A stretch of DNA of 39,744 nt from Pseudomonadota bacterium (GCA_043815665.1 JBDRIT010000013.1:1-39744), one strand, 5' to 3'; shown: positions 27,074-35,907, counted from the first letter of the stretch. The notes: generated by a model from the sequence alone, not told the origin. Made by a program: numbers and translations.

Positions 27074-29254
27074 GTGCTCAAGCTGGAACAGATCCTGTCT
27101 TCCCTCCAGGAGTACCACCCCGGCGCGGACGTGGACCTGATCAAGGCTGCGTACCTCTACGCGTTCGAGAAGCACCAGGGCCAGAAGCGGCAGTCGGGCG
27201 AGCCCTACATCATCCACCCCCTGAGCGTGGCCCAGATCGTCACCACCCTGAAGCTGGACGAGGAGGCCATCGCGGCGGCACTGCTCCACGACGTGGTGGA
27301 GGACACGGAGGCGTCCGCGGCGGACATCAAGGAGCGGTTCGGGGAGCGGGTCGCGGTCCTGGTGGACGGGGTCACCAAGCTGTCCAAGATGAGCTTCTCC
27401 AGCCAGGAGGAGCGTCAGGCCGAGAACTTCCGCAAGATGATGATGGCCATGTCCCAGGACATCCGCGTGATCCTGGTGAAGCTCGCGGACCGCCTCCACA
27501 ACATGAAGACCCTGGACTACAAGGCCCGGGCCATGGGGGGCATGGAGAGCGCCCAGCGCATCGCCCGGGAGACCATGGAGATCTATGCGCCCCTGGCCAA
27601 TCGCCTGGGCATCCATGGGATCAAGTCCCAACTCGAGGACCTCTCGTTCCAATACCTCAACGCCGAGGACTGGGTCGAGATCAATAAAAAACTCTCGCGG
27701 CGGAAGCGGGAGAACCTGCGCTTCATCGACCTGGTCAAGGGTATCCTGGGCAACGAGCTCAAGGCCGCGGGCTACACCGCCGAGCTCGACGGGCGCATGA
27801 AGCACGTCTACAGCATCTGGCGCAAGATGCAGTCCCAGCGGATCCCCTTCGAGGAGGTCTACGACATCGTCGCGTTCCGGGCCATCGTCGGGCAGGTCAA
27901 CGAGTGCTGGCACATCCTCGGCATCGTCCACCAGCTCTGGAAGCCCATCCCCGGCCGGTTCCGGGACTACATCGACCTGCCGAAGCCCAACGGCTACCGC
28001 TCGCTCCACACCTCGGTCATCGGGCCCAACGGCGAGCCGATGGAGATCCAGATCCGGACCCGGGAGATGCACGAGCAGGCCGAGCGCGGCATCGCCGCCC
28101 ACTGGCGCTACAAGGAGTCGGGGCCCGTGAGGCGCCCCGACGAGGAACGGATCAAGATGCTCAAGGATCTCCTGGAGGGGATCCGCGAGCTCCACAAGGA
28201 GACCTCTTCCTCCAGGGAGTTCCTCTCCACGGTGAAGGAGGACCTCTTCGGAGACGAGATCTTCGTCTTCACCCCCAAGGGCGACGTCAATGTCTTCCCC
28301 CGGGGCGCGACGCCGGTGGACTTCGCCTACTCGATCCACTCCGAGGTGGGGCACCACTGCACCGGGGCCAAGGTCAACGGGACCATGGTGCCCCTGTCCT
28401 ACCCCCTCCACAGCGGCGACATCGTCCAGATCCTGACCTCCCCGTCCCAGGCGCCCAACAGCGATTGGCTCAAGTTCGTCCGGACGGGCCGGGCCAAGAC
28501 CAAGATCCGGGCGGTCTTCCGCCTGGAGCGGCGCGGTCGGTCGCTGGAGATCGGTCGGGCCCTCCTGGAGAAGGAGTTCAAGAAGCGGGGCCTGTCCTTC
28601 AACAAGCTCCACAAGAAGGGGGAGCTCCAGCGGGCCGCGGAGGAGCTCCGGGCCGAGGCGGAGGAGGAGCTCATCGTTCGGGTCGGGGCCTCGAAGATCA
28701 CCCCGGAGCAGGTCCTCGGGGTGGTGGCTCCGGAGACCCTGGACAAGGGGCTGACCCCGGAGGAGGAGGTGCGCCCCTCGGGGATCTCCGGTCTGATCAA
28801 TCGCATCATGCCCGATGCGTCGGGGCGGGTCCTGGTGGGCGGGGAGGGGGACATCATGACCCACTTCGCGCGGTGCTGCGCGCCCCTGCCTGGAGACAGC
28901 CTCGTGGGCCACGTGAACCGGGCCCACGGGATCACCGTGCACCGGCAGGACTGCAAGCAGGTGGAGGACGCGGATCCCGACCGCATCGTGGACGTGGCCT
29001 GGGATCGCAAGGCCGGCGGCGACCGCACCGTCCGGCTCCGGGTCCTCTGCAACGATCAGCCGGGGATGCTCGCCGCGATGACCCAGGTCTTCACCAACCT
29101 CGGCGCCAACATCATGAGCGCCAACTGCAAGGGCAGCGGCGACAAGGGCGCGGTGAACATCTTTGAGATCTCCGTCTCCTCGGTGAGCCACCTGAAGTCC
29201 GTCACCCGCGCACTCGAGCGGATCCCGGGGATCCGCTCCGTCCAGCGCGCCTGA
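27074..29254 (+). CDS. relA: Bifunctional (p)ppGpp synthetase/hydrolase, RelA/SpoT homologue
   Basis: 726 aa with a GTG start and GGGAGG RBS. Domains are HD (HDVVEDT), synthetase (RFRDYIDLPKPNGYRSLHTSV, GEPMEIQIRT), TGS and ACT. Confidence 0.95.
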   Translation: MLKLEQILSSLQEYHPGADVDLIKAAYLYAFEKHQGQKRQSGEPYIIHPLSVAQIVTTLKLDEEAIAAALLHDVVEDTEASAADIKERFGERVAVLVDGVTKLSKMSFSSQEERQAENFRKMMMAMSQDIRVILVKLADRLHNMKTLDYKARAMGGMESAQRIARETMEIYAPLANRLGIHGIKSQLEDLSFQYLNAEDWVEINKKLSRRKRENLRFIDLVKGILGNELKAAGYTAELDGRMKHVYSIWRKMQSQRIPFEEVYDIVAFRAIVGQVNECWHILGIVHQLWKPIPGRFRDYIDLPKPNGYRSLHTSVIGPNGEPMEIQIRTREMHEQAERGIAAHWRYKESGPVRRPDEERIKMLKDLLEGIRELHKETSSSREFLSTVKEDLFGDEIFVFTPKGDVNVFPRGATPVDFAYSIHSEVGHHCTGAKVNGTMVPLSYPLHSGDIVQILTSPSQAPNSDWLKFVRTGRAKTKIRAVFRLERRGRSLEIGRALLEKEFKKRGLSFNKLHKKGELQRAAEELRAEAEEELIVRVGASKITPEQVLGVVAPETLDKGLTPEEEVRPSGISGLINRIMPDASGRVLVGGEGDIMTHFARCCAPLPGDSLVGHVNRAHGITVHRQDCKQVEDADPDRIVDVAWDRKAGGDRTVRLRVLCNDQPGMLAAMTQVFTNLGANIMSANCKGSGDKGAVNIFEISVSSVSHLKSVTRALERIPGIRSVQRA

Positions 29255-29258
29255 GCCC

Positions 29259-30257
29259 ATGACCTCGCGCGGGGACCGGCCACCCGAGGGGGGCCACCGC
29301 CGGGACGAGCGCCGCCTCCACATCTGCATGGGCGAGGTCTGCAACAACAACTGCCTCTTCTGCATGGACAAGGGGGGTCGCCTCCGCCAGCGGCATCTCG
29401 AGCTCATCAACCCGGAGGAGACCCTCCGGTTCATGGAGGAGAACCGGGACCTGGGGGAGATCCTCTTCACCGCGGGGGAGCCCACCCTCCACGAGGACCT
29501 GGTCCGGTACATCGGGCACGCCAGGCGCCTGGGCTTCTACCGGATCGGGTTGATCACCAACGGCCGCCGCCTGGCCTACCACGCCTACGCGGAGGGCCTC
29601 CTGCGCGCGGGCCTCAACAGCGTGGTCCTCTCCATCCATGGCCACCAGGCGCGCCTCCACGACGGGCAGACCCGGACCCCCGGCAGCTTCGAGCAGACCG
29701 CGGCGGGCCTCCGCACCCTGTCGGATCTCAAGGCCGGGTGGGAGCTCCACCTCTCCACCTCCACCGTGGTGAACCGACGGAACGTCCCCCACCTCGACGG
29801 GATCCTCGCCTTCCTTCTGGCCTTCCCCCTGGACCAGATCGTGCTCAACGCGGTCCAGCCCCTCGGCCGCACCGCCGATCTCTTCAATCAGCTCGTCCCA
29901 CGGTACTCCGAGATCGTCGATGCCCTCTCCGTCGCGCTGGAGCATGTCCCGGAGGACCAGCGGGCCCGGATCCGTCTCCTGGACGTGCCCCCCTGCCTCC
30001 TGACCCGCCTCCCCGAGGAGACCCGGGGCTGGGTGGAGGAGCACCAGCACTTCGAGCGGCGGGGCGGTCTCCCTCGGGGCCTGGGGGACGCGGCGCTACG
30101 CAAGGGAACCCGCGGCGTGGTGCGCAAGAAGGACTTCGATGCGATCCAGCGCGCGTTCGGCCCGCCCTGCGAGGGCTGCCCCCTCCGGCCCCGCTGTGAC
30201 GGCGTCTGGCGGCGCTATGCGGAGGAGTACGGCTGGGACGAGTTCGGTGCCCCCTGA
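29259..30257 (+). CDS. Radical SAM enzyme, paralogue 1 of 4 (CNNNCLFC; C-terminal C...CxxCx5C)
   Basis: 332 aa. The motif VCNNNCLFCMDKGG lies near the N-terminus with TAGEPTL about 30 aa later. The C-terminus has PPCLL...PPCEGCPLRPRCDGVWRRYAEEYGWDEF. The ATG is 5 nt after the relA stop. Confidence 0.8.
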   Translation: MTSRGDRPPEGGHRRDERRLHICMGEVCNNNCLFCMDKGGRLRQRHLELINPEETLRFMEENRDLGEILFTAGEPTLHEDLVRYIGHARRLGFYRIGLITNGRRLAYHAYAEGLLRAGLNSVVLSIHGHQARLHDGQTRTPGSFEQTAAGLRTLSDLKAGWELHLSTSTVVNRRNVPHLDGILAFLLAFPLDQIVLNAVQPLGRTADLFNQLVPRYSEIVDALSVALEHVPEDQRARIRLLDVPPCLLTRLPEETRGWVEEHQHFERRGGLPRGLGDAALRKGTRGVVRKKDFDAIQRAFGPPCEGCPLRPRCDGVWRRYAEEYGWDEFGAP

Positions 30258-30348
30258 CGCCCTCCCCCCTGGCGTGGGGGCCCGGAAGTTGTTATTAAGC
30301 CACCAGGGGTTCCGATCTCGAGAGGATCCCGGAGGAGAGGGAGCGACC

Positions 30349-31311
30349 ATGGCCGACGAGCGGACGGCGCAATCCACCGAGCGGGTAGACGTCAAGACCG
30401 GCTTCAACTGCAACAACCGGTGCTTCTTCTGCGTTCAGGGGAACAAGCGCGACCTCTACGGCAACAAGTCCACCGAGGAGGTCAAGGAGACCCTGCGCGC
30501 CGCGGTGCAGGACTCCGACTCCATCGTATTCACCGGCGGCGAGGTCACGATCCGGCCCGACTTCATCGAGCTGGTCCGCTTCGCCAGGGAGCTCGGCTTC
30601 CGCAGCATCCAGGTCCAGACCAACGGCCGGATGCTGGCCTACAAGAAATTCGCAGAGCAGACCGTGGCGGCCGGGGCCAACGAGTTCTCCCCCGCGATCC
30701 ACGGCCACACGGCAGAGCTCCACGACTACCTGACCCGCTGCGCGGGGAGCTTCAAGCAGAGCGTGCAGTCGATCCGGAACCTCAAGGAGCTGGGCCAGCG
30801 GGTGATCACCAACTCCGTGATCACCCGCTCCAACTTCCGGCACCTCCCGGAGCTGGCCGCGCTCCTGGTCCGCCTCGGCGTCGATCAGTACCAGTTCGCG
30901 TTCGTCCACGCCCTGGGCACCGCACAGGAGAACTTCAGCCGGATCGTCCCCCGCATGACCCTGGTCGAGCCCTACGTGAAGCGCGGCATCCAGGTCGGCG
31001 TCCAGGCGGGCCGCATCGTCCTCACCGAGGCGATCCCCTACTGCTTCATGTCCGGGTACGAGGAGCACGTCGCCGAGCGCTTCATGCCCCGCACCAAGAT
31101 CTTCGATGCGAAGATGGTTGTGCAGGACTACACGAGCTACCGCTGGACCGAGGGCAAGGGCAAGGGGCCGCCTTGCAAGGACTGCACCTGGAATCCGGTC
31201 TGTGAGGGCCCCTGGAAGGACTACGTGGACGGCTATGGCTGGGACGAGTTCCTCCCCCGCACCGACGCGGTGACCATCACCCTCCCGGAGAGCCGGGGCA
31301 AGGGCTGCTGA
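30349..31311 (+). CDS. Radical SAM enzyme, paralogue 2 of 4 (CNNRCFFC; C-terminal C...CxxCx5C)
   Basis: The start is taken at the ATG at 30349 (RBS GGAGGAGAGGGAG). The ORF 30139 extension is GC-rich read-through. Motifs are FNCNNRCFFCVQG, TGGEVTI and PPCKDCTWNPVCEGPWKDYVDGYGWDEF. 320 aa. Confidence 0.8.
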   Translation: MADERTAQSTERVDVKTGFNCNNRCFFCVQGNKRDLYGNKSTEEVKETLRAAVQDSDSIVFTGGEVTIRPDFIELVRFARELGFRSIQVQTNGRMLAYKKFAEQTVAAGANEFSPAIHGHTAELHDYLTRCAGSFKQSVQSIRNLKELGQRVITNSVITRSNFRHLPELAALLVRLGVDQYQFAFVHALGTAQENFSRIVPRMTLVEPYVKRGIQVGVQAGRIVLTEAIPYCFMSGYEEHVAERFMPRTKIFDAKMVVQDYTSYRWTEGKGKGPPCKDCTWNPVCEGPWKDYVDGYGWDEFLPRTDAVTITLPESRGKGC

Positions 31312-32972
31312 TGCCAGGCGACACCACCGCCGAGATCAAGGAGTCCGCGGCCCAGGAGAAGCGCCAGTGGGTCCGGCTCACGAAGCTCTGCAACAACCGC
31401 TGCACCTTCTGCCTCGACTCCGAGGCCCAGGACGGGACCATGGTGCCCGCGGACGCGGTGCGGCGACGGATCATCGAGGGCCGCGAGGCCGGCGCGACCC
31501 GCCTGATCCTCAGCGGCGGGGAGCCCACGATCCACCCGGACTACCTCTCCTTCATCGAGGCGGGGCGCCACGCGGGCTACCGCTGGGTCCAGACCATCTC
31601 CAACGGCAGGATGTTCTCCTACAAGAAATTCGCGGACCGGGCCCTGGCCGCGGGGCTGGACGAGGCCACCTTCTCCATCCACGGGCACACCCCCGGGATC
31701 CACGATCGGCTCACCGGGGTCCCCGGGTCCTTCGACCAGGCCCTGCGGGGGCTGAAGAACCTCCTGGGACGGTGCGTGACCAACGTGGACGTGGTGCTCA
31801 ACAAGCAGAACGTCCCCCACCTGCGGGAGCTCCTCGAGTTCTTCATGGACCTGGGGATCCACGAGTTCGACCTGCTCCACACCGTCCCCTTCGGCCTGGC
31901 CTGGTGCGAGAACCGGGACGCGCTGTTCTACGACCCCGCGGTGCTCTCGGCGGATCTCCGGCGTGCCTTCGAGCTGCGCCACCGGGACGGCATCTACATG
32001 TGGACCAACCGCCTCCCCGCCCGCTACCTCGAGGGGGCCGAGGACCTGATCCAGGATCCCAAGAAGATCCACGACGAGGTCCGGGGCCGCTGGGATCACT
32101 TCCAGACCTGGGTCGACACCGGGGAGCCGCTGCCCTGCCGGGACGAGCGCTGCCCCTTCTGCTTCCTTGAGGGGTTCTGTGACCGCCTTGGGGACGTGGT
32201 GGAGGCGCGCCTCGGACGGCGGGCCGCGGGGGACGGCGCGACCCGGGTCCGGGCGGACTGTGGGAGGGGCTTCAGCCCCGACGGCGGACACGGGACCTCC
32301 TGGCCTGCGGATCTCGCGCTGCCCGAGGCGATCCGGCTGGAAGTCATCGCGGCGACCCCCGAGGACGCGGAGGCCTGGCTGGAGGCCTTCCCCGGCATGG
32401 TGGAGCATCTCACCCTGGTGGTGGCGCCCTGGGCGACGGATCCGGGTCCCTGGGCCGGGCTCCTCGCACGGGCCGACTCTGTCCGCCTGGGGCCCGACGC
32501 GCCGGACGCGGGAGCCGACGCGATCCTTGCCGCCTGGCGGGCTGCGCCGCGGCGGGGGCGCCTGGAGGTGCCCGCGCTCATCGGGCTCGGGGACATCCTG
32601 GACACGGGGGACGGGGACGAGGCCTTCTACGTCCCCGTGCGGGAGCGCCTCACCGTGGCCATGGCCCGGGATCTGGACCTGGACGGGGTCCGGGCGCTGC
32701 ATCTCCGTACCGGGCGCCCCGTCGAGGGGCTGCCCCCCTGTCTGGACACCGGTGCGACCCCGCCCCCGGCGTTGGCGGAGCTGGATCTCACCCTCCTCGA
32801 CCCGGCCGGGCGACTGGACATGATCCGCTACACCGACGACTATATCGCCCGGTGGTACATGGTGAAGAGCCACCGGTGCGACGGCTGCCCGCGCACCGGG
32901 GCGTGCCCCGGGATCCACATCTCCGGGGCCCGGCGCTTCGGGCTCGCGGCGCTCACGCCCGTCGAGGAGTGA
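31311..32972 (+). CDS. Radical SAM enzyme, paralogue 3 of 4, with a ~250 aa C-terminal extension (CNNRCTFC; extra CRDERCPFCFLEGFC; terminal CDGCPRTGAC)
   Basis: 553 aa. Its ATG overlaps the previous TGA (tgATG). Motifs are LCNNRCTFCLD and SGGEPTI. A mid-protein Cys cluster and an Ala/Asp/Pro-rich low-complexity region lie between the core and the terminal CxxCx5C. Confidence 0.75.
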   Translation: MPGDTTAEIKESAAQEKRQWVRLTKLCNNRCTFCLDSEAQDGTMVPADAVRRRIIEGREAGATRLILSGGEPTIHPDYLSFIEAGRHAGYRWVQTISNGRMFSYKKFADRALAAGLDEATFSIHGHTPGIHDRLTGVPGSFDQALRGLKNLLGRCVTNVDVVLNKQNVPHLRELLEFFMDLGIHEFDLLHTVPFGLAWCENRDALFYDPAVLSADLRRAFELRHRDGIYMWTNRLPARYLEGAEDLIQDPKKIHDEVRGRWDHFQTWVDTGEPLPCRDERCPFCFLEGFCDRLGDVVEARLGRRAAGDGATRVRADCGRGFSPDGGHGTSWPADLALPEAIRLEVIAATPEDAEAWLEAFPGMVEHLTLVVAPWATDPGPWAGLLARADSVRLGPDAPDAGADAILAAWRAAPRRGRLEVPALIGLGDILDTGDGDEAFYVPVRERLTVAMARDLDLDGVRALHLRTGRPVEGLPPCLDTGATPPPALAELDLTLLDPAGRLDMIRYTDDYIARWYMVKSHRCDGCPRTGACPGIHISGARRFGLAALTPVEE

Positions 32973-32973
32973 T

Positions 32974-33906
32974 ATGGCGAATCTCGGCTACATCCAGGTC
33001 ACCCGCACCTGCAACCAGGCTTGCATCTTCTGCTCCAACCCCGAGCTGGATCGCGAGGCCACCCTGGCGGACGTCGAGGGCCTGGTGGACGACTTCGTGG
33101 CGCGGGGTTACGACGGGGTCATCATCACCGGCGGGGAGCCGACCCTCTTCTGCCAGCTCCCCGAGCTCATCGCGTACGCGACCTCGAAGGGCCTGGGCGT
33201 CCGGATGATCACCAACGGGCAGAAGACCTGCGACATGGACTTCCTGCGGCCCCTGTACGACGCGGGGCTCCGCCATGTCCACCAGTCCGTCTACACCCAC
33301 GATCCCGAGATCCAGGCCCGCCTCACCGGCAGGGCCGAGTCCCACGTGAACCTCTGCGCAAGCCTGGACAACTTCGGCGCGCTGGAGATGCAGGTGGACG
33401 TGAACATCACCATCCAGAGGTACAACGCCAACCACCTGGATCGGGTGGTGGTCTGGCTCCTGGAGCGGTGGCCCTTCATTCACCACGTGGTCTTCAACAA
33501 CCTCGACCCCACCTCGGACCGGGTGGCCGAGAACAGGGACGTGGTGCACAAGCTCGCGGACATGGAGCCCTTCCTGTTCCGGGCCCTCTCGTACCTCGAG
33601 CGCCACGGGCGCACCTACCGGGTGGAGCGGGTCCCCCTGTGCTACATGACCGAGTTCGCCCACGCGTCCACCGAGACCCGCAAGATCGTCAAGGGGGAGG
33701 AGCGCATCGTGCACTTCCTCGACGAGAAGGGCATGGTGCGCCAGACGGACTGGGAGCACGGCAAGGCCGACGTCTGCGCGGGCTGCTCCCTGACGTCGAT
33801 CTGCGCGGGGCTCTTCGAGATGGACAACTTCTATCAGAGCAGCGAGCTCTATCCGCTCTTCGTCCCCAAGGAGCCCATCGTCCGCCGGATCCTGAAGGGG
33901 AGATGA
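32974..33906 (+). CDS. Radical SAM enzyme, paralogue 4 of 4 (CNQACIFC; C-terminal C...CxxCx5C)
   Basis: 310 aa with the ATG 1 nt after the previous stop and a GAGGAG RBS. Motifs are TCNQACIFCSNPE, TGGEPTL and VPLCYM...VCAGCSLTSICAGLFEMDNFY. Confidence 0.8.
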   Translation: MANLGYIQVTRTCNQACIFCSNPELDREATLADVEGLVDDFVARGYDGVIITGGEPTLFCQLPELIAYATSKGLGVRMITNGQKTCDMDFLRPLYDAGLRHVHQSVYTHDPEIQARLTGRAESHVNLCASLDNFGALEMQVDVNITIQRYNANHLDRVVVWLLERWPFIHHVVFNNLDPTSDRVAENRDVVHKLADMEPFLFRALSYLERHGRTYRVERVPLCYMTEFAHASTETRKIVKGEERIVHFLDEKGMVRQTDWEHGKADVCAGCSLTSICAGLFEMDNFYQSSELYPLFVPKEPIVRRILKGR

Positions 33907-33916
33907 GGTCCACCCC

Positions 33917-34492
33917 ATGATCGAGGTCGGCGGCGTCTCCCTCTGGATCGATGACCTCATGCTCCCCGTGGCCCTGGCGATCGCGGCGATCACCGGGTGG
34001 TCGGATCTCAAGCCCATGGTGCCCCACCTCCTGGGGCGGGTCCCCTACGAAAAAAGTCCCGGGGGTGGGCGGATCTCGAACCGGGTGCTCCTCCTGGGCC
34101 TCGCGCTGGGTTTCGCGTGGCATCTCTTCGCGTGGGCCTGGCACGCGGGCGGGCTGGGGCTCTACTCCTTCGACATGCTCCAGGCCAAGCCCATGCCGTA
34201 CTGGGTCTATGTGGCCCTGAACACGGGGCTCGCCTTCGGCCTGGGCTTCCTGCTGTGGACCCTCGGCCTCTGGGCCGCAGGCGACGGGAAGCTCTTCGGC
34301 CTCCTGGCCTTCCTGCTGCCGCTCTCGGTCTACCGCAACAACTACCTGGACTGGTTCCCGTCCTTCGTCCTCTTCTTCAACACCTTCATCGCGGTCTTCG
34401 CGATCCTGGTGGTGGAGTTTGCGGCGCGGCTGGCAGTGCGGGTGCGGGGGGGGGACCGGGTTACCTCGGGGAGGTCATGGAGAAGGGCGTGA
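33917..34492 (+). CDS. Polytopic membrane protein with prepilin-peptidase (A24 aspartic peptidase, CpaA/TadV-like) motifs
   Basis: 191 aa with 4-5 hydrophobic segments. Candidate catalytic Asp motifs are GWSDLKP (first Asp) and AAGDGKLFGLLAF (GDxKL, second Asp), spaced as in A24 peptidases. The ATG lies 10 nt after the rSAM4 stop. Confidence 0.4.
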   Translation: MIEVGGVSLWIDDLMLPVALAIAAITGWSDLKPMVPHLLGRVPYEKSPGGGRISNRVLLLGLALGFAWHLFAWAWHAGGLGLYSFDMLQAKPMPYWVYVALNTGLAFGLGFLLWTLGLWAAGDGKLFGLLAFLLPLSVYRNNYLDWFPSFVLFFNTFIAVFAILVVEFAARLAVRVRGGDRVTSGRSWRRA

Positions 34493-35130
34493 AGGCCCTC
34501 TCGGAGAACAAGGTCCGGGTCCTGAAGATCATCATCCTCTTCCTGGCGATCTTCACCACCATCCGGATCCTGCGACACTTCCTCCGGGTGGCCCTGGACA
34601 TGGGCCTCGGGGACATCAACAAGACCATGGTCTACGTGATCCTCTTCATGATCTTCCGGCCCCTCACCCGGCTGCTGGAGTACAAGCCCACGTTCTGGGT
34701 GGCCCTCTCCATCGTCGCAGGCTATGCGGGCTGGGCCTTCCTCTTCGACCCCACGGGGGAGGCGAAGTACCACCTGGTGGACATCGGCACCCTCTCCCTC
34801 TCGATCATCGTCTTCCGCTACACGTACGACGCGTACCTCAAGGCCACGGACGAGCGGCGGATCCCCGTCGCCGATCTGCGACCGAAGATGATCCTCTCCG
34901 ACGACTCCGTACGGAAGTTCAAGGAGCGCACCGAGTTCTACCAGCGCTGGCTCAAGCCCCTGGAGCCCGACGGGCTCCGCCCCAATCAGGTCGAGGCGAT
35001 CCAGAGCTGGTACGGGGAGAACGATCTCGACGGCACCGTGGGCATCGCCCGCACCCTCCCCTTCGCGCCGGCCCTCTTCTTCGGCACCCTCATCACCATC
35101 GTGGTGCGCGGGCTGCTCCTCGTCTTCTAG
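34476..35130 (+). CDS. Membrane protein of unknown function (possibly fused to the preceding ORF if the G9 tract 34444-34452 is G10)
   Basis: 218 aa with an ATG at 34476 preceded by GGGGAGGT. It has several TM helices and a cytoplasmic C-terminal region. It overlaps the previous ORF by 17 nt in another frame. Confidence 0.45.
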
Positions 35131-35671
35131 GCGGGGCACCGCCAAGGGCGAGCTCGTCCGTCACCCGGAAGGGGTCCTTGCCGGATCGCAGGAGGACGGT
35201 GATCCGGTCCACGGTCCACCGCGCCGGGGTCCAGGTGGCCGCCAGCTCCCGGAGCATCGCGTCGCGCTGCCGGGCCCCGGTCGCCTCCCCGACGGTGATG
35301 TGCGGGGTGTACCCCCCGGGGTACCGGGTCTGGTCGTCGCAGGTGGGGACGCGCCCCAGCAGGGCGTCGTGCAGAGCGATCACCGGCGCCGGGGGATCGG
35401 GGGCCAACCAGAGGGTGCTCACGTCGTCGGGTTGGGAGAACCAGGAGAACCGGGACAGCTCCAGGGTGAAGGCCGGAATCCCCGCGCAGAGCCTGCGCAG
35501 ATCCGGCAGCAGGGCTCCGATCTCGACCGCCTCCACGAAGGGATAGAGCAGGGTCACGTGGGCCGGGACCCAGAAGACGTTCCGATCATGTCGCCAGCGG
35601 ATGTCCTCGATGCGCGACCGGAGCGCAGGCGGGGGGACGAGGGCGATGGTGGTCTGGTCGGACTTCCACAT
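35093..35671 (-). CDS. 2H phosphoesterase superfamily protein (LigT / 2'-5' RNA ligase-like)
   Basis: 192 aa with two H-x-T-x motifs (HVTLLYPF and HITVGEAT) at the expected spacing. Its 3' end overlaps the convergent membrane-protein gene by 38 nt. Confidence 0.55.
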   Translation of the reverse strand: MWKSDQTTIALVPPPALRSRIEDIRWRHDRNVFWVPAHVTLLYPFVEAVEIGALLPDLRRLCAGIPAFTLELSRFSWFSQPDDVSTLWLAPDPPAPVIALHDALLGRVPTCDDQTRYPGGYTPHITVGEATGARQRDAMLRELAATWTPARWTVDRITVLLRSGKDPFRVTDELALGGAPPRRRGAARAPRW

Positions 35672-35907
35672 GGTTCGGGTATCCCCCGGAGCGGGGGCGC
35701 TGTCAAGTGACTGGATCGAGACGGGCGTGATCGAAACAGCGGAAACGTGGGGACCAGGGCGAGGAGGGCCTCGATGGCGTCGGTGTCCCGGGTGAGGGGG
35801 ACCACGCCGAAGATCCGGAGCACGTCGCCAACCGCCGCTTCGTCTGTCCCGCCGGGCTGGAGGAGCATCCGACCCGGGCCATCACGGCGGCCATCAGCAA
35901 CAGCGCC

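Noticed and set aside
30349-31311. Prokaryotic viperin (pVip) assignment for the CNxxCxFC radical-SAM paralogues
   Set aside because: The N-terminal motif resembles the viperin CNYKCGFC motif, but these proteins have a Cys-rich C-terminal auxiliary-cluster-like motif. They also lack adjacent nucleotide kinase genes. The motif is also generic to MoaA/SPASM-type enzymes.
33917-35130. Calling the two membrane ORFs a single frameshifted pseudogene
   Set aside because: The downstream ORF has its own RBS and ATG, and a 17 nt overlap is a normal operon junction. The fusion is kept as a possibility in the findings but not asserted.
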